A stretch of 62,785 nt of DNA, counting the filler, from Choristocarpus tenellus KU-1152 (taxonomy: Eukaryota > Protista > Phaeophyceae), in the NCBI GenBank assembly GCA_964200185.2. It is 11 parts of 11 records of this genome, joined end to end, with 100 filler letters (N's around TTAATTAATTAA, not from the genome) between each part and the next. Parts side by side here need not be neighbours in the genome. Positions count along the whole stretch, not along the records: positions 6,192 to 17,691 come from CAXNAD020002285.1; positions 17,792 to 23,683 come from CAXNAD020009488.1; 9 more parts are not named here. One strand, given 5' to 3'. The first letter of the stretch is position 1; each line of letters starts with the position of its first letter. The position numbers were made by a program, and so were the translations under genes. The notes under the pieces were generated by a model, which saw only the letters and a program-made list of their open reading frames with translations, had not been told where the DNA came from and ran no database searches. This document shows, piece after piece, positions 12,287-23,628 of this stretch.

Positions 12287-13106
12287 CGTGCCTATCGACA
12301 AAGTGACACTGAGGAGTCTGCAGTGCACTTCCTGCCTGGTTGCCCGGAGCCAAGCTCACCACAAGGCACGTCCTAGGCTGAGAGTGCGTAGATGGATTGC
12401 GTCAAGCCTCTAACGCCAAATAGAACCCACACGTGTGCAAATCTCGAGCGTGTCTAGGGTGTCACTTCTAGCCAGGGAGTTGCTGCCTAACTGCAAGGGG
12501 GAAATCGCCAATCGTTGAAAGCTGAAGAGAAAAATAGTGGTTCCAAATGGATTTTCAAGCGCATTGGGTGCCTTTCCCGGAGGCACCATAGGCCTTCACA
12601 GAATATCAAAGCCCTCCAATGAAAAGTTCGTTCAGAATATGCAGGCTAGGAACCTTGCCTCTCTCTGCTCAACCTTGCCTTCGGTCAGGGATCAACTTTT
12701 CCTATTGCTATCAAGCTCAGTAACAGATAAGAACAAAACATTCTACACCCTGGTGGCCTGTCTTGGAAAGGCCATCACCCACCTTTTTGTCCGCTCTCAC
12801 TCTCTGTTTGGTAGTGTCACTTCTAAGTCTTATTAATACTAGTCCAGTCTTCATCCTGTTGGACAACAAATTCGTCGGTAGATAATGAAAATTGTCTGAA
12901 ATCGGGAAATTGTGTCGGTCGGTGTACCCGAGTCATCCTTGATCCTAACCCTAGACCTAATCCCTGAATTGCCACGCAATGTTGATATTCAAGTCAGTCC
13001 ATCTACACAACCTTCGAGTGCTTCAAAGGACTTTTGGTGTTCTTTGAGGGGACACTGCTGCATATATCAAGTCAATTGACACTAAATTTTCACTTGCCTA
13101 GCACTA
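12287..13106. promoter_or_regulatory. Probable bidirectional promoter / 5' UTR region between COPG and the divergent plastid-protein gene
   Basis: Head-to-head start codons about 0.8 kb apart. The region looks richer in CpG than the flanking introns (judged by eye, not counted). Confidence 0.5.
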
Positions 13107-16100
13107 ATGATGCGCCCTCCAGCAAAGGGAGAGGTTTGGAAAAGCCGAAAGAGGATGGGAATGACAGTTAAGATGGCATCCGTCGCGCTGGCTTGCAGCC
13201 TTAAGCTCACTTCGGACACGGCTACAGCTTTTCTGGCTGGCTATTGCAAATCTACATGGCCGGCAACTGTACCTCTGGGTGTTAGGATGCTGCCAGTAGC
13301 GATGACTGGGACACGGCGACAAGGGATGGGGAGAAGGGTAGCAAAGGGGTGCTCGATGATGGCTGATGATATGGGCGGGGAAGTTGACCGGAGGCTGGAG
13401 AATGCAAGAAAAAAGTTCGAAAGTAATCTAGGAGAAGGAAATACAAAGGTAAGGTAGTTTTTCTTGTTCATCTCGCCGTACTCTCGGCATTCAATTTACG
13501 ACAATTTCCTCTACGATCTGTTATTCGCAGCGTACGGGGTGGTTGAAGTTACCTTTCGTGGTCCTATTATCGCATTTTTATCGGAATTTAGTGTCCAGGC
13601 CCTTGTTATCGAAGGCATTGTAAAGAGATAGCACATTGTGATAGTTTTCCCAATCAATGGTGATGCTGCAACTCCTACGGTATCATCGTTTGTTCCTCAT
13701 TGAAAGAACAGAGCTAATCATGACTGTGTTGTTGGTATGGCGAAAAAGACATACACAGTCAACACTTCCACTTCATAAAGAAGGAGTGTGTTGCTATTTG
13801 ATGTCCAGCTTGCACCACTTTCTTTCCAGTTGCTTGTCTTTAATACTTTACACATCTGAATGTCTGTTCGTAAATTTGAATCCCTATGCAGTGTTATGTA
13901 CATTCGACTATTTTATCCCCGTGCAAGTCGATACGAGTGACATGGTCAAGCTATCAAAAGGCAGGGCGTATTTTTCGCTTGTAGAACTCCCTACATACCT
14001 AACAAGGCGCGAAAGAGGATGTCGGCGTCTGCTGTATATAAATGCGAGTGGAACCTGTACCAAATGCTGCCACATCATACGCGAAAAACTTGCTGCCTTT
14101 GCGGTCAATTGGAAGCCTCGGAAGAATCCATAGTGGAGCCAACCCAATTCTTGAGATGCGGGATAGTTACCAAGGAGTTCTCCATCGCCTATCTTGCCTA
14201 TTCTTGCACCACGAATCAACTTGACTTGACACCACAAGTTCAATGCAAGTTCTACTTGTTCGTTGCAAGAGACTACAATAAGACTTGGGCATTTCCGCTC
14301 CAACCCTAACCCTAAGTATGACAACATTCTTTTCTTCCATCCCATGATGACTTTTCATTTATGAGGAGTGATCGTATCAACCTTTTTAGATGAGATGAAC
14401 TCTTGATGTAAAAAGTAGCACATCGTGATAGGAACCCCTTTATTATATTTTTCCACCTTGCTCATAGCAATCTTCCCATGGAGAGAGTCATCCCCACCAC
14501 CATTCCCGTGAGTCAGCAGGAGGAGGAGGACATGTTTGCCCAATAACTTGACGAACCCTCAGCAAAGGAGAGCATCTTATTATTGGTCCTGAGTGTGTGG
14601 ACCTCTCTCTCCGTATCTCCTCTATACAATATCCTGTATCTACCATTTGGCTGTATTGTGTGTGTCTCACAGGAGTGTATCCGTGCCATCCGACAGTCTG
14701 GGGCAGATCTTGCTCTCGACATCAGATCGGGCTCAAAGGTAAGCACTCCCCATGCTCCAATCAGCCTTGTAACACCTTGCTTGAAAGGTGGTGATCCTTT
14801 TGAAAGGGTGTATTGTCTGGTCTCAGGGTTGATTTTACTGTTGAACTACAATTCATGACTATTGGGATTCTCAAGAATTGGGGGGGAGTTCCAGGACAAG
14901 ACTCCGGTATGTTGTAGGGTTGAAAGTCGAGTCGAGATACTTGCCATACCAGATCATCTGGTACAGCCTACAACCCTAACCCTAACCCAAATCTTAACCA
15001 ACAGTGTGGAAGAAATGTTGTTAGGGCTGGGACTTGGAGTTCAGGTTGGGGTAAGGGGTCAAGACGGGGTCAAGAGATGTAGAATAGCAGCCCCATGGTG
15101 TTGATTGAGTGGTTTCAATATATACTGCTGGCAGCTGAAAATTGGGGTCAAGTCTGTTTATTATGTTCAAGGTTAGGGTTAGGGTTAGGTTATGTTCAAG
15201 TTCAAGGCCAAAGGTTACATTGTCAGATGTCAAAGATAGCACTTATTGATGGGTGCCCTTGCAAGTAGGGACACCCTTCCGCAGGAGACTCTGAGAGGCG
15301 ATTATTTAATCTTCTGATTGTGGTTTGCAAATTTGCTAACTTTTGATCTACCTCCATCTTAATTTTCCTACTGTTGTGAAATGATGTTGTACTGCTTTGA
15401 TTGCTTATTCTGTGTAGCGATTGAGCTCTTGGACGTTGTCTTCAACATTGGTGAGACACAGAGGCACACAGAGGCGGTGATTTAGGGTTAGGGTTAGCTT
15501 ATATTATCTAGCCCTATCCCTTGCCAGACTAGTGAGTCTATGAACTACAGTATTGTATTGACTATTTCGCACTTGGACAAGACCAAGATAATACAAGTAC
15601 CAGAATTGTACTGTACTGTACTGTACCTCAGTGTACCAAGGTAGTACTGTTACTATTAATATAGTGTTGTACTGCACTATTGTAGTTGGAATGCTTTAGC
15701 CTACTGATAAGATTTCCAATGATTTTGGCACTTTTTCTCACCAACTGTTGCTGTAGTGTTGTAATAGGTAGTGGGTTAGGGTGAGGGCTACTCTTCTGTT
15801 GTAACATAGTTATTCCGTAACCATAACGCAAGTTATTGAATTACACACACGTATTTTTTTTTATAGACGTGCATTGTGACTGTAATATGTAGCCCTAACC
15901 CTTATTTAATGCTGTGAAACTACTATTGTTATCAATATATCGGTGCATAGAGATTGTGTTGTTGTTAACACTTAGTTTATGCTGTGCTCCTCCAGTGATT
16001 TCACAGAAACCCTGGCAGTATGGAATCTCCCCAGTATTCAACCTGAGCCCAACCCTGCACCCAGCCCTAGTAAAGCATTGGAATGTCGCATCCTCTGGAT

Positions 16101-16258
16101 GTCAACTAGCCCTAGCCCTAACCCTAACCCTAACCCTACCAATGATAACAAAATACACTGTTTTGTTTCAGCTGCTGGATGAAGTGGCCAAGGAAGTCCT
16201 TAACGATCCCTCTCAGGCAGAGGAGGATCTTCTCAACAGTGCGTACAATGCCCTCAAG
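13107..16258 (+). CDS. Uncharacterised, probably plastid-targeted protein, 5' partial (3 exons)
   Basis: Exon 13107-13448 contains MASVALACSLKLTSDTATAF, an ASAF-like cleavage motif, then a basic transit-like region; the true start may be a downstream Met. Exon 14673-14738: ECIRAIRQSGADLALDIRSGSK. Exon 16172-16258: LLDEVAKEVLNDPSQAEEDLLNSAYNALK. All introns are phase-0 GT-AG. Confidence 0.7.
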
Positions 16259-17300
16259 GTGCATGTTCTACTACCACATTTCGACTCTAGTTTTTCCTCT
16301 CTAGTTTTGCATCACCGCTAACCCTAACCCTAAGCATCACAACAGTGCGCCTACTAACCTACTAATAGTCCATCATCCCTAACCCTACCTCATAACATCA
16401 GTGGATTTGATTGTAGTAGTAGTAATAGCAGTGTGATGTCCCTAACCCTAGAAACGACTGCATTAATAATACATTGCAGCATTAATGCACCAGACCATTT
16501 TACCTGCTAGAACTATCCATCACCTCTCAACCCTAGCCTTACCTTAACCTTAGGCATAGCCATAGCCATAGCCATAGCCATAGCCCTACAAGGATACTTC
16601 AGAGAGGTCCCCAGTGTCAGAGCAATACAGATGTCTATCTAACCCTATCCCTAACCCTGAACCTTTATTACCAATATCGTGTGCTCTATCTGAAAGGGTT
16701 AGGGTTGAGGGTCTGTGGTAGGACAAAGACATACTCTTATTTTCTACTAACCCTAACCCTAACACTGACAGTGTACCTAGGAGTTCTAAACCCTGCCTTG
16801 AAGCGTGTTCCAAACCTCACATTACTAACCCTAACCCTTACACTTGAGTATTCTGTGGGACACAACTTGCCCTAACCCTCAAATTCACGTAAATGTACAA
16901 GGTTTGGAATGTAGTAGAACAATGCATATCCCCCATCCCTAGCTCTAACCCTAACCCTAACCCTAAGTTGGAGTACGACTAGCCTGAAGTGTAATCCATA
17001 CCGTTAATGATTCTGTTCATCTTCACAATCCCATGGTTCTAACTAAAAATGTCCCTAACCCTAACTCGAGGTGTGGATTGTGACTTGCCCCAACCCTAAC
17101 CCTAAATGAAGTTACCTTTTTTATTATTACTATTATTTTACCTTTTAGTAGACCACTCAAGTCTATTCTAAGTAGACCTTACGAAGCGTGTATCTCCTAT
17201 CTCCTTCCCTAACCCTAGCCATAGCCTGCCCCCCACCTGCCGTTTTTCTACCTCTCCAGTTAGATCGGCCAACCATCTGCCAAGATTACAATGTAATAGA

Positions 17301-17691
17301 ACCTGTATTAGTACTGTAGTACTGTAACAGTAGTACCCCCTCCCCTAACCCTAACCTGTACTAATACTGCAATACTGTAACAGTAGCACCCCATCCCTAA
17401 CCTGTACTAGTACTGCAGTACTGTAACAGTAGTACCCCTTCCCTAACCCTAACCTGTACTAACACTGCAATACTGTAACAGTAGCACCCCATCCCTAACC
17501 TGTATTAGTACTGCAGTACTGTAACAGTAGTACCCCTTCCCTAACCCTAACCTGTATTAGTACTGTAGTACTGTAACAGTAGTACCCCTCCCCTAACCCT
17601 AACCTGTATTAGTACTGTAGTACTGTAACAGTAGTGCCCCTCCCCTAACCCTAACCTGTACTAATACTGCAATACTGTAACAGTAGTACCC
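17301..17691. repeat. Minisatellite, ~46-53-bp unit containing 1-2 CCCTAA hexamers (~8 copies, runs into the gap)
   Basis: Repeating unit ACCTGTA(T/C)TAGTACTG(T/C)AGTACTGTAACAGTAG(T/C)ACCCC..CCCTAA(CCCTA). Confidence 0.9.
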
Positions 17692-18320
17692 NNNNNNNNN
17701 NNNNNNNNNNNNNNNNNNNNNNNNNNNNNNNNNNNTTAATTAATTAANNNNNNNNNNNNNNNNNNNNNNNNNNNNNNNNNNNNNNNNNNNNCCCCCAATA
17801 GCAGCCAATAAAATAAAAAATAAATAGTGAAAGTAAGCGAGAGGTACCCGGAGTTGCATTTAAGGATCTTGGAAAATATGTGCAAAATTAGGATTTAAAA
17901 AAATTTAGATATTTTTCTGAATAATATCAAAACCTTTCTCAAGCGAAAGACAAACAGACCCTCTCAAATCAAACTTAGCAATCAATTCATCCATAGAAAT
18001 AAGGGTGAATTGTAAGGACTCAAAAATCAGCTTGAAATGCAAAATACCCCAACAACTGACTACCGCTTGTTTACTTTGGCTGAACACAGAGCAGCAGCCC
18101 ACTGGACGCACATTAAAAATTTTCTGCGCCTCACATCTTGCAAACGATATATTTCAAAATACTATCACCACAAAAAAAAACTGAGCGCTGCTATCATAGT
18201 ACAAAAGCTTCTGTGAGATTTTCCCTTCACTCTGACAAAGCATCAGAAGATACTGCTGTAGTGAAACTTATGTGTACTACCTACAAAAAATTAAATAAAG
18301 TGAGGTATGAGTACTCTCAC

Positions 18321-21300
18321 CTTAAGTTGCTTCTGCTGCTCCCTGGCAGCCTCCTCAGCCTGCTTCACCTCCTTGTTGTACTCCACCTGATCAATACACA
18401 CCAACCAATCACACACAATGCCACAATACCTTGGGTTGGAGATTGCTATACCGTGGCATTGGTAAAAAAAATTCCCATAGAAAAAAGGCACTCAGCTGCC
18501 AATTTGATAAAGGACTGAAAAATAATGCAAGCATGGGGGAGGACCCACTCACACCTAACTCTGGCATAAACATAAAAAAAACAGGAAATAAAAAACAGAT
18601 TACTCAGGGTCCATAGAACCTTTTCTATAGCACATCACTAATATATACATGTCTTGTGTTTTACAGTCATAAAACCTCTCATTCATAGCTCAACATAATA
18701 GTATATCTCGAACAGCAAGACACCTACACAGATACTACAAAAAACACCCATAACTGCAAACAGCGGCAATGTTCAACTACTTTTGACACACAGCTACTCA
18801 ATCTACCTACACACCACATAAATAACCAGGACAAAAATACTGCGCTAACATGCCTTTAAAAATAATTTTAAGAAAAAATATTATTCGATGAAGAGATAAT
18901 TGAAACAAAACATCAATCTATTGCAATCAAGAATATTCCAATCTCAACAATGATCGTACTACTCCTCCACCAAATACAGAAAACATCCAATCAGGAAAAC
19001 AAAAAGCCAAAGCACAAAGTTCACTACCTACACCAAACAGACATAAAAAAACATACCATTCGAGCAGCCACAATGGTCTCCTGTAACTCTGTTGCAGCGG
19101 AGTGCATGTGTGCTACTCCCTTCTTGTCCTCCATGTCCCTCTCCCAGGCCTGCAGATGATATCAAAAGGTACAAATAAAAATACATACACAAAAGGACTT
19201 GCTCGTAAAACAGGAACCATATTTCAAAAACCACTTTATGATATATTCGGATCAGTTCATGCCAAAATAAAAACAAAACACGCTAAAAATTAGAACACAC
19301 TCAAAAACAAAAAAAAGAAACAATACAGAATACACACACAAAAAAGTCACCCGCACTACACATCTGTAGAGTAGTTTCAGTCTAGCCTATTCCTCTGAAA
19401 ACCATGTTTTTCTTTTTTGCAATACACACATACACGTCTTTGACACCATTATTTGCTATACTAAACCAACAAAGTATTTTCCACTTCCAAGTAAAAAACA
19501 AAACAGTGCGTGTGTACGTATATAATTTTTGTCCTTCTGCATCATAACCCCCCCCAACAAAATCACATACAAACACACACTCAAAGACAAAATAGCCACT
19601 TAAAAATGGTGAAATCTCTGTACTGCCGCAGTAACTGTTGCATCACCTTCTTGTGCTGCAGCAAGTGTTCATTCCAGCGACGCTCATGTTCTTTCCTGTC
19701 TTCTTCCACCTAAAAACACCAACAGGACATTCGACAAAAACATGATCAACGACACCAAGCAGTTAAAAGAAGCCACAAATGGGAAGGAAAATAAATAAAT
19801 AGTAACAACAATAATAAAATAGAGGTAACCCTATCCCTAGCGTCAAACTATACAAATGCCTTGAAAAAACCCAATGCAAATACATCAACAAAAAGAAAAA
19901 TACACAGATGTTCTTTTACTAGAAACCTCATCCTTAAGTTGTACACCACAAAAGACCACTTCAACACCTCACAGAACAAAAACAAGAGTATCACAACAAC
20001 CACACACCCTTACCTAAAGAACAACGGCAACTCAGAAAGAAGCATACACCTACCCACAGAGGAGGTAAATCCCCTCCTCCATCTCATTTCATTCCATTCA
20101 TGCAACCCATCATACCTGCTCTTCATACTTCCTGCGCAGTACTGGCATTTCCTCCATCCTAAGGGCTCTTGTGATGTAGTCCAGCCTCTTAGCCTGCTGC
20201 TTCATCCGCCCCTCTTCGTCTTCCTTCTCCTTCAACACACTGTCCCGAGTCTTACGGATCAACTCCTACAATATACAATACAGAGAGAGAGAGAGAGAGA
20301 GAGAGACATGACATACAGATGTATCTAGACACATCCACATAAAATAAAAATACATATTTAAGTTGTTTTTTTCCCTCCTCCCTCCAACTTACTACTATTC
20401 ACACCTTTTCACCAAACGGAAGAGGACAAGGAAAACAAAATAATAAACAAAATCTCCGAACAAAAAAAAGTTGTCTCTGCTAGACACGTCAAATTTCTCA
20501 CATACATTTTAGCTTGTACCTGTGTCACACAGCAAACAAAAACAGAACAATCGACAACCAGATGAAAAAATAAATATGCAAGAATTCCAAAGTAAAGTAA
20601 AGAAAAAATTGGCTAATATGGCTCTATTCCCACGCATTGAACTACTATACCTTCACGTTAGTATGAGAGGGTTGCCTCACACAACATGTCAAATGTCAAA
20701 TTGAAGTTTAGAGTAATATGCACAAAGTTTTCAGTTTGGATATGATATTTTAACATGCTTCATTAAAAAAAAAATCATACATGCTTTTACCATACTGATA
20801 AATTAAATAGTAACTCTTTTACAAATATTTTTCGTTGCCTAACAGCAGACTATATTACTTGTTCTAGGGTAAAGTCATAATTAAAAAATATAAGTTTCTC
20901 ATTGGGCTTTACAGATATTATAAAGTGGGTTATAATTCAGCTATTTTCATTTCAAACATACCTCCCTTCCAGACTTGTCCATCTTGTCCACATTTTCCAC
21001 CTTTTTCCCCAACCTGGCTAACATCTCCTTCGTCTGCTGCAGCTCTAGCTCACGCTCCACCTTTATATAAACAAGGACAGGAAGAGAGACTTTTTTTTTC
21101 AAAACTCTTAAAAATCAAAATAAGAGTATCACCAATTAAAAAAAACTTCCTGTTAAATGCTATTCTCTTCCGCCTGAAATTCAAATTCAAAAATTGACCA
21201 AGAAAACATTGTCAGCTGAACCATCTCAATATAATTTCAGTACCACTTTGTAACCATAAAAAAAAAAGTCCACAAAGTTTGATACACACTAAATACACTA

Positions 21301-23579
21301 CATACACAGGCACCAAGAAGTTCATTTTTTAATATTATTTTTCATGTAAAAAACTTTCTACCACTATACCATTCTCCAAGAAAAAATTAATATTTTTCAA
21401 AATTCACTCCCCATTTATAAAACCAAACACGTAAAGACTAAAATAAATTCAAATTGTTGTTCAATCAACACTAAATCCCCCCCCCTAAAAAACCATGCAA
21501 AAAGCAGAATATTTGGAGTAAGTGGTTAACACCCCCCCAAATAGTACAATCTTGAAGGAAATGAAGAAAACTATCACCTTCTGCAGCTTGTCCTTCTCCC
21601 TCAGCCGAGCCTCCCTCTCTAGCCTGCTAGCCTCCTCTGCCTTTCTCTTTGCCTCATCCTCAGCCTTAACCCTAGCCTCCTCCCGCTGACGCTCCTGCAG
21701 AAAAAAACAAAAAATAAGGATTGTGAACCGGCACCAACTACAATCAAACACATAAACAAAAAAAATCAACTTTTGAATAATAATAAATAAATCGTCAGTC
21801 GCCAACACAACCCCCCCCCCCCTCTTGCTTTACAACTTACTCAAATAAATAACATTTAAAAACAAAACAAAACAAAGATCTGATCTTCTCCATCCTTGGT
21901 GAGATAAGAGGCGAAAACAACATAATGATGGGGCAAAAAACACACTGCAAAACATCTAAACACTGTATGTAATAAACTACTGCTTCCATCACAATTAACT
22001 AAATGCACCCCATTCGATGCTGGGGAAAAGAGCATAAAATGTTGTGCACCTGCTCTCTTCTTTCTGCCTCCTCCTTGCGCTTCTCGATGATGTTCTTACG
22101 ATTGAGTGCATCCGTATGCTCCCGAGGCATTCCACTCACCTAATCCACATTATGAGAAATATATATATACATATATACAGGTACACCATGCAATAGTGGC
22201 ATTAGGGTTAGGGGTCAGGGAATTTGTACTGTATTGTATTGTCAAAGGAACAGAGGCATAGTACAGTGATAGTATTACTATCGAAATATCCATACAGCTG
22301 TATTAAAAAAAATCGATCTACTAGGAAAGGGTCAAAACACTTCTTTTTTTGACACCATAAATTAGTTTTTTGTTTTGTTTGACATGTTTAAAGATGAACA
22401 CAAGAACGTTTCCATGCAAAAAATGAAAGATGACAACGAGGACTCTTCAACGGACTCACGGTTGCTCTTCAAATGATCATTTTTTTTTTTGTCTACAGAT
22501 TTCCACTGGCAAGAAGTGACTGTGATCACCACTAGTGAGGTGAAGTGGTATCAATCAAAGCCCTCATCAAAACAAACTGCCCCTTAACTAAACCACACCA
22601 ACAACTAAAACTACTACATCATATTACATCTCCAAACTAAAAGACATCAATAAATAAATGATACTTCCACACCTCGGTCAACTCTACATACACATCCCAA
22701 ACTCCATCTTTTGATTCATATTACGAGAAACAACACAGCACTAGTTCTTAGATATTGCAAGGCGTGCATGCATATTTACTCCGCATATATATATACTAAC
22801 AAATGATAACACCATTCTAAACATGCGGACACATCAAGGTTCACAAAAAAACCCCAATCAGATCAACCAACAAGGTTCATGTATGCACACTCTTTTAGCA
22901 CCTATGGTTTCTTCCTATGATACCCCTATAGCTACACCACCAGCACAACAAAAAACATAAATCTGAACAAGGACTCAAATTAAACATCCTCTACAGCATC
23001 TCCCAAAGGAGGGCTTGATCACAACCCCACACCCCCTTTCAATATTCAACACACAAAACAACAGAATCCACTCCCCAAAAGGTCACAAAACTGTCCCAGA
23101 ACACAATCTCCCAAGAGATACTACTGATTCACCCCGAATGACTCAAAAACCAAACCCTAATCCTCAAGACTTACACATCTTAGAACAGCAACCCTCACCC
23201 AAATTCAAACCTCAACAAACCAGATCACTGTATCATAATCTATTCACACCCACCACTATGACAACAAGAACAATAATATATCGAATCACACTACACACTT
23301 CTGATCTAATCTTCCTGAGGATGACCTGCCCCCACCCTAAACATCCATTCGCACCCCAGGACAAGCAACCATGCCCTTGCATCCAACACATAACACTAAT
23401 CCCACAAACAAGAGCCTTACCACCATGTCAAAGAACGCCATCCTCTGCTGCTTGCTGTTCTTCTCCTCCTTGGGATGCACCAGTGCCACTGCCTTCTGAA
23501 GTTGTGTTGCCAGGGTACTTAACTGTGTGCGCATAGAGTCTGTCTCCAACACCTCCCCACCGAAACGTAGGCATCGAGC
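18321..23579 (-). CDS. EIF3A: Eukaryotic translation initiation factor 3 subunit A, partial (8 internal exons, post-PCI helical/coiled-coil region)
   Basis: Exons at 23579-23421, 22139-22050 (EHTDALNRKNIIEKRKEEAE), 21694-21578, 21060-20962, 20265-20116 (KRLDYITRALRMEEMPVL, cf. eIF3a K.DYFERAKR.EE.PLI), 19709-19647, 19149-19057 and 18386-18321. They splice into one open frame. Confidence 0.9.
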
Positions 23580-23585
23580 CTGAAC

Positions 23586-23628
<43 letters not shown>

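Larger units (their letters stand above)
6287..17691. repeat. Dense interstitial telomere-like (CCCTAA/TTAGGG)n short tracts, both orientations, mostly intronic
   Basis: Dozens of tracts of 2-5 units, for example near 6287, 6365, 6878-6960, 7626, 8452, 8516, 9672, 9847, 10071, 10117, 14973, 15171, 15482, 16108, 16318, 16746 and 16945. None fall in the identified exons. Confidence 0.9.

Noticed and set aside
9518-16875. Short ORFs rich in LGLGLG, LTLTLT, PNPNP or VRVRV
   Set aside because: These are translations of intronic telomeric hexamers, not proteins.
17301-17691. Possible CRISPR-like array
   Set aside because: The units are contiguous near-identical repeats with no unique spacers, there are no cas genes, and the context is eukaryotic.
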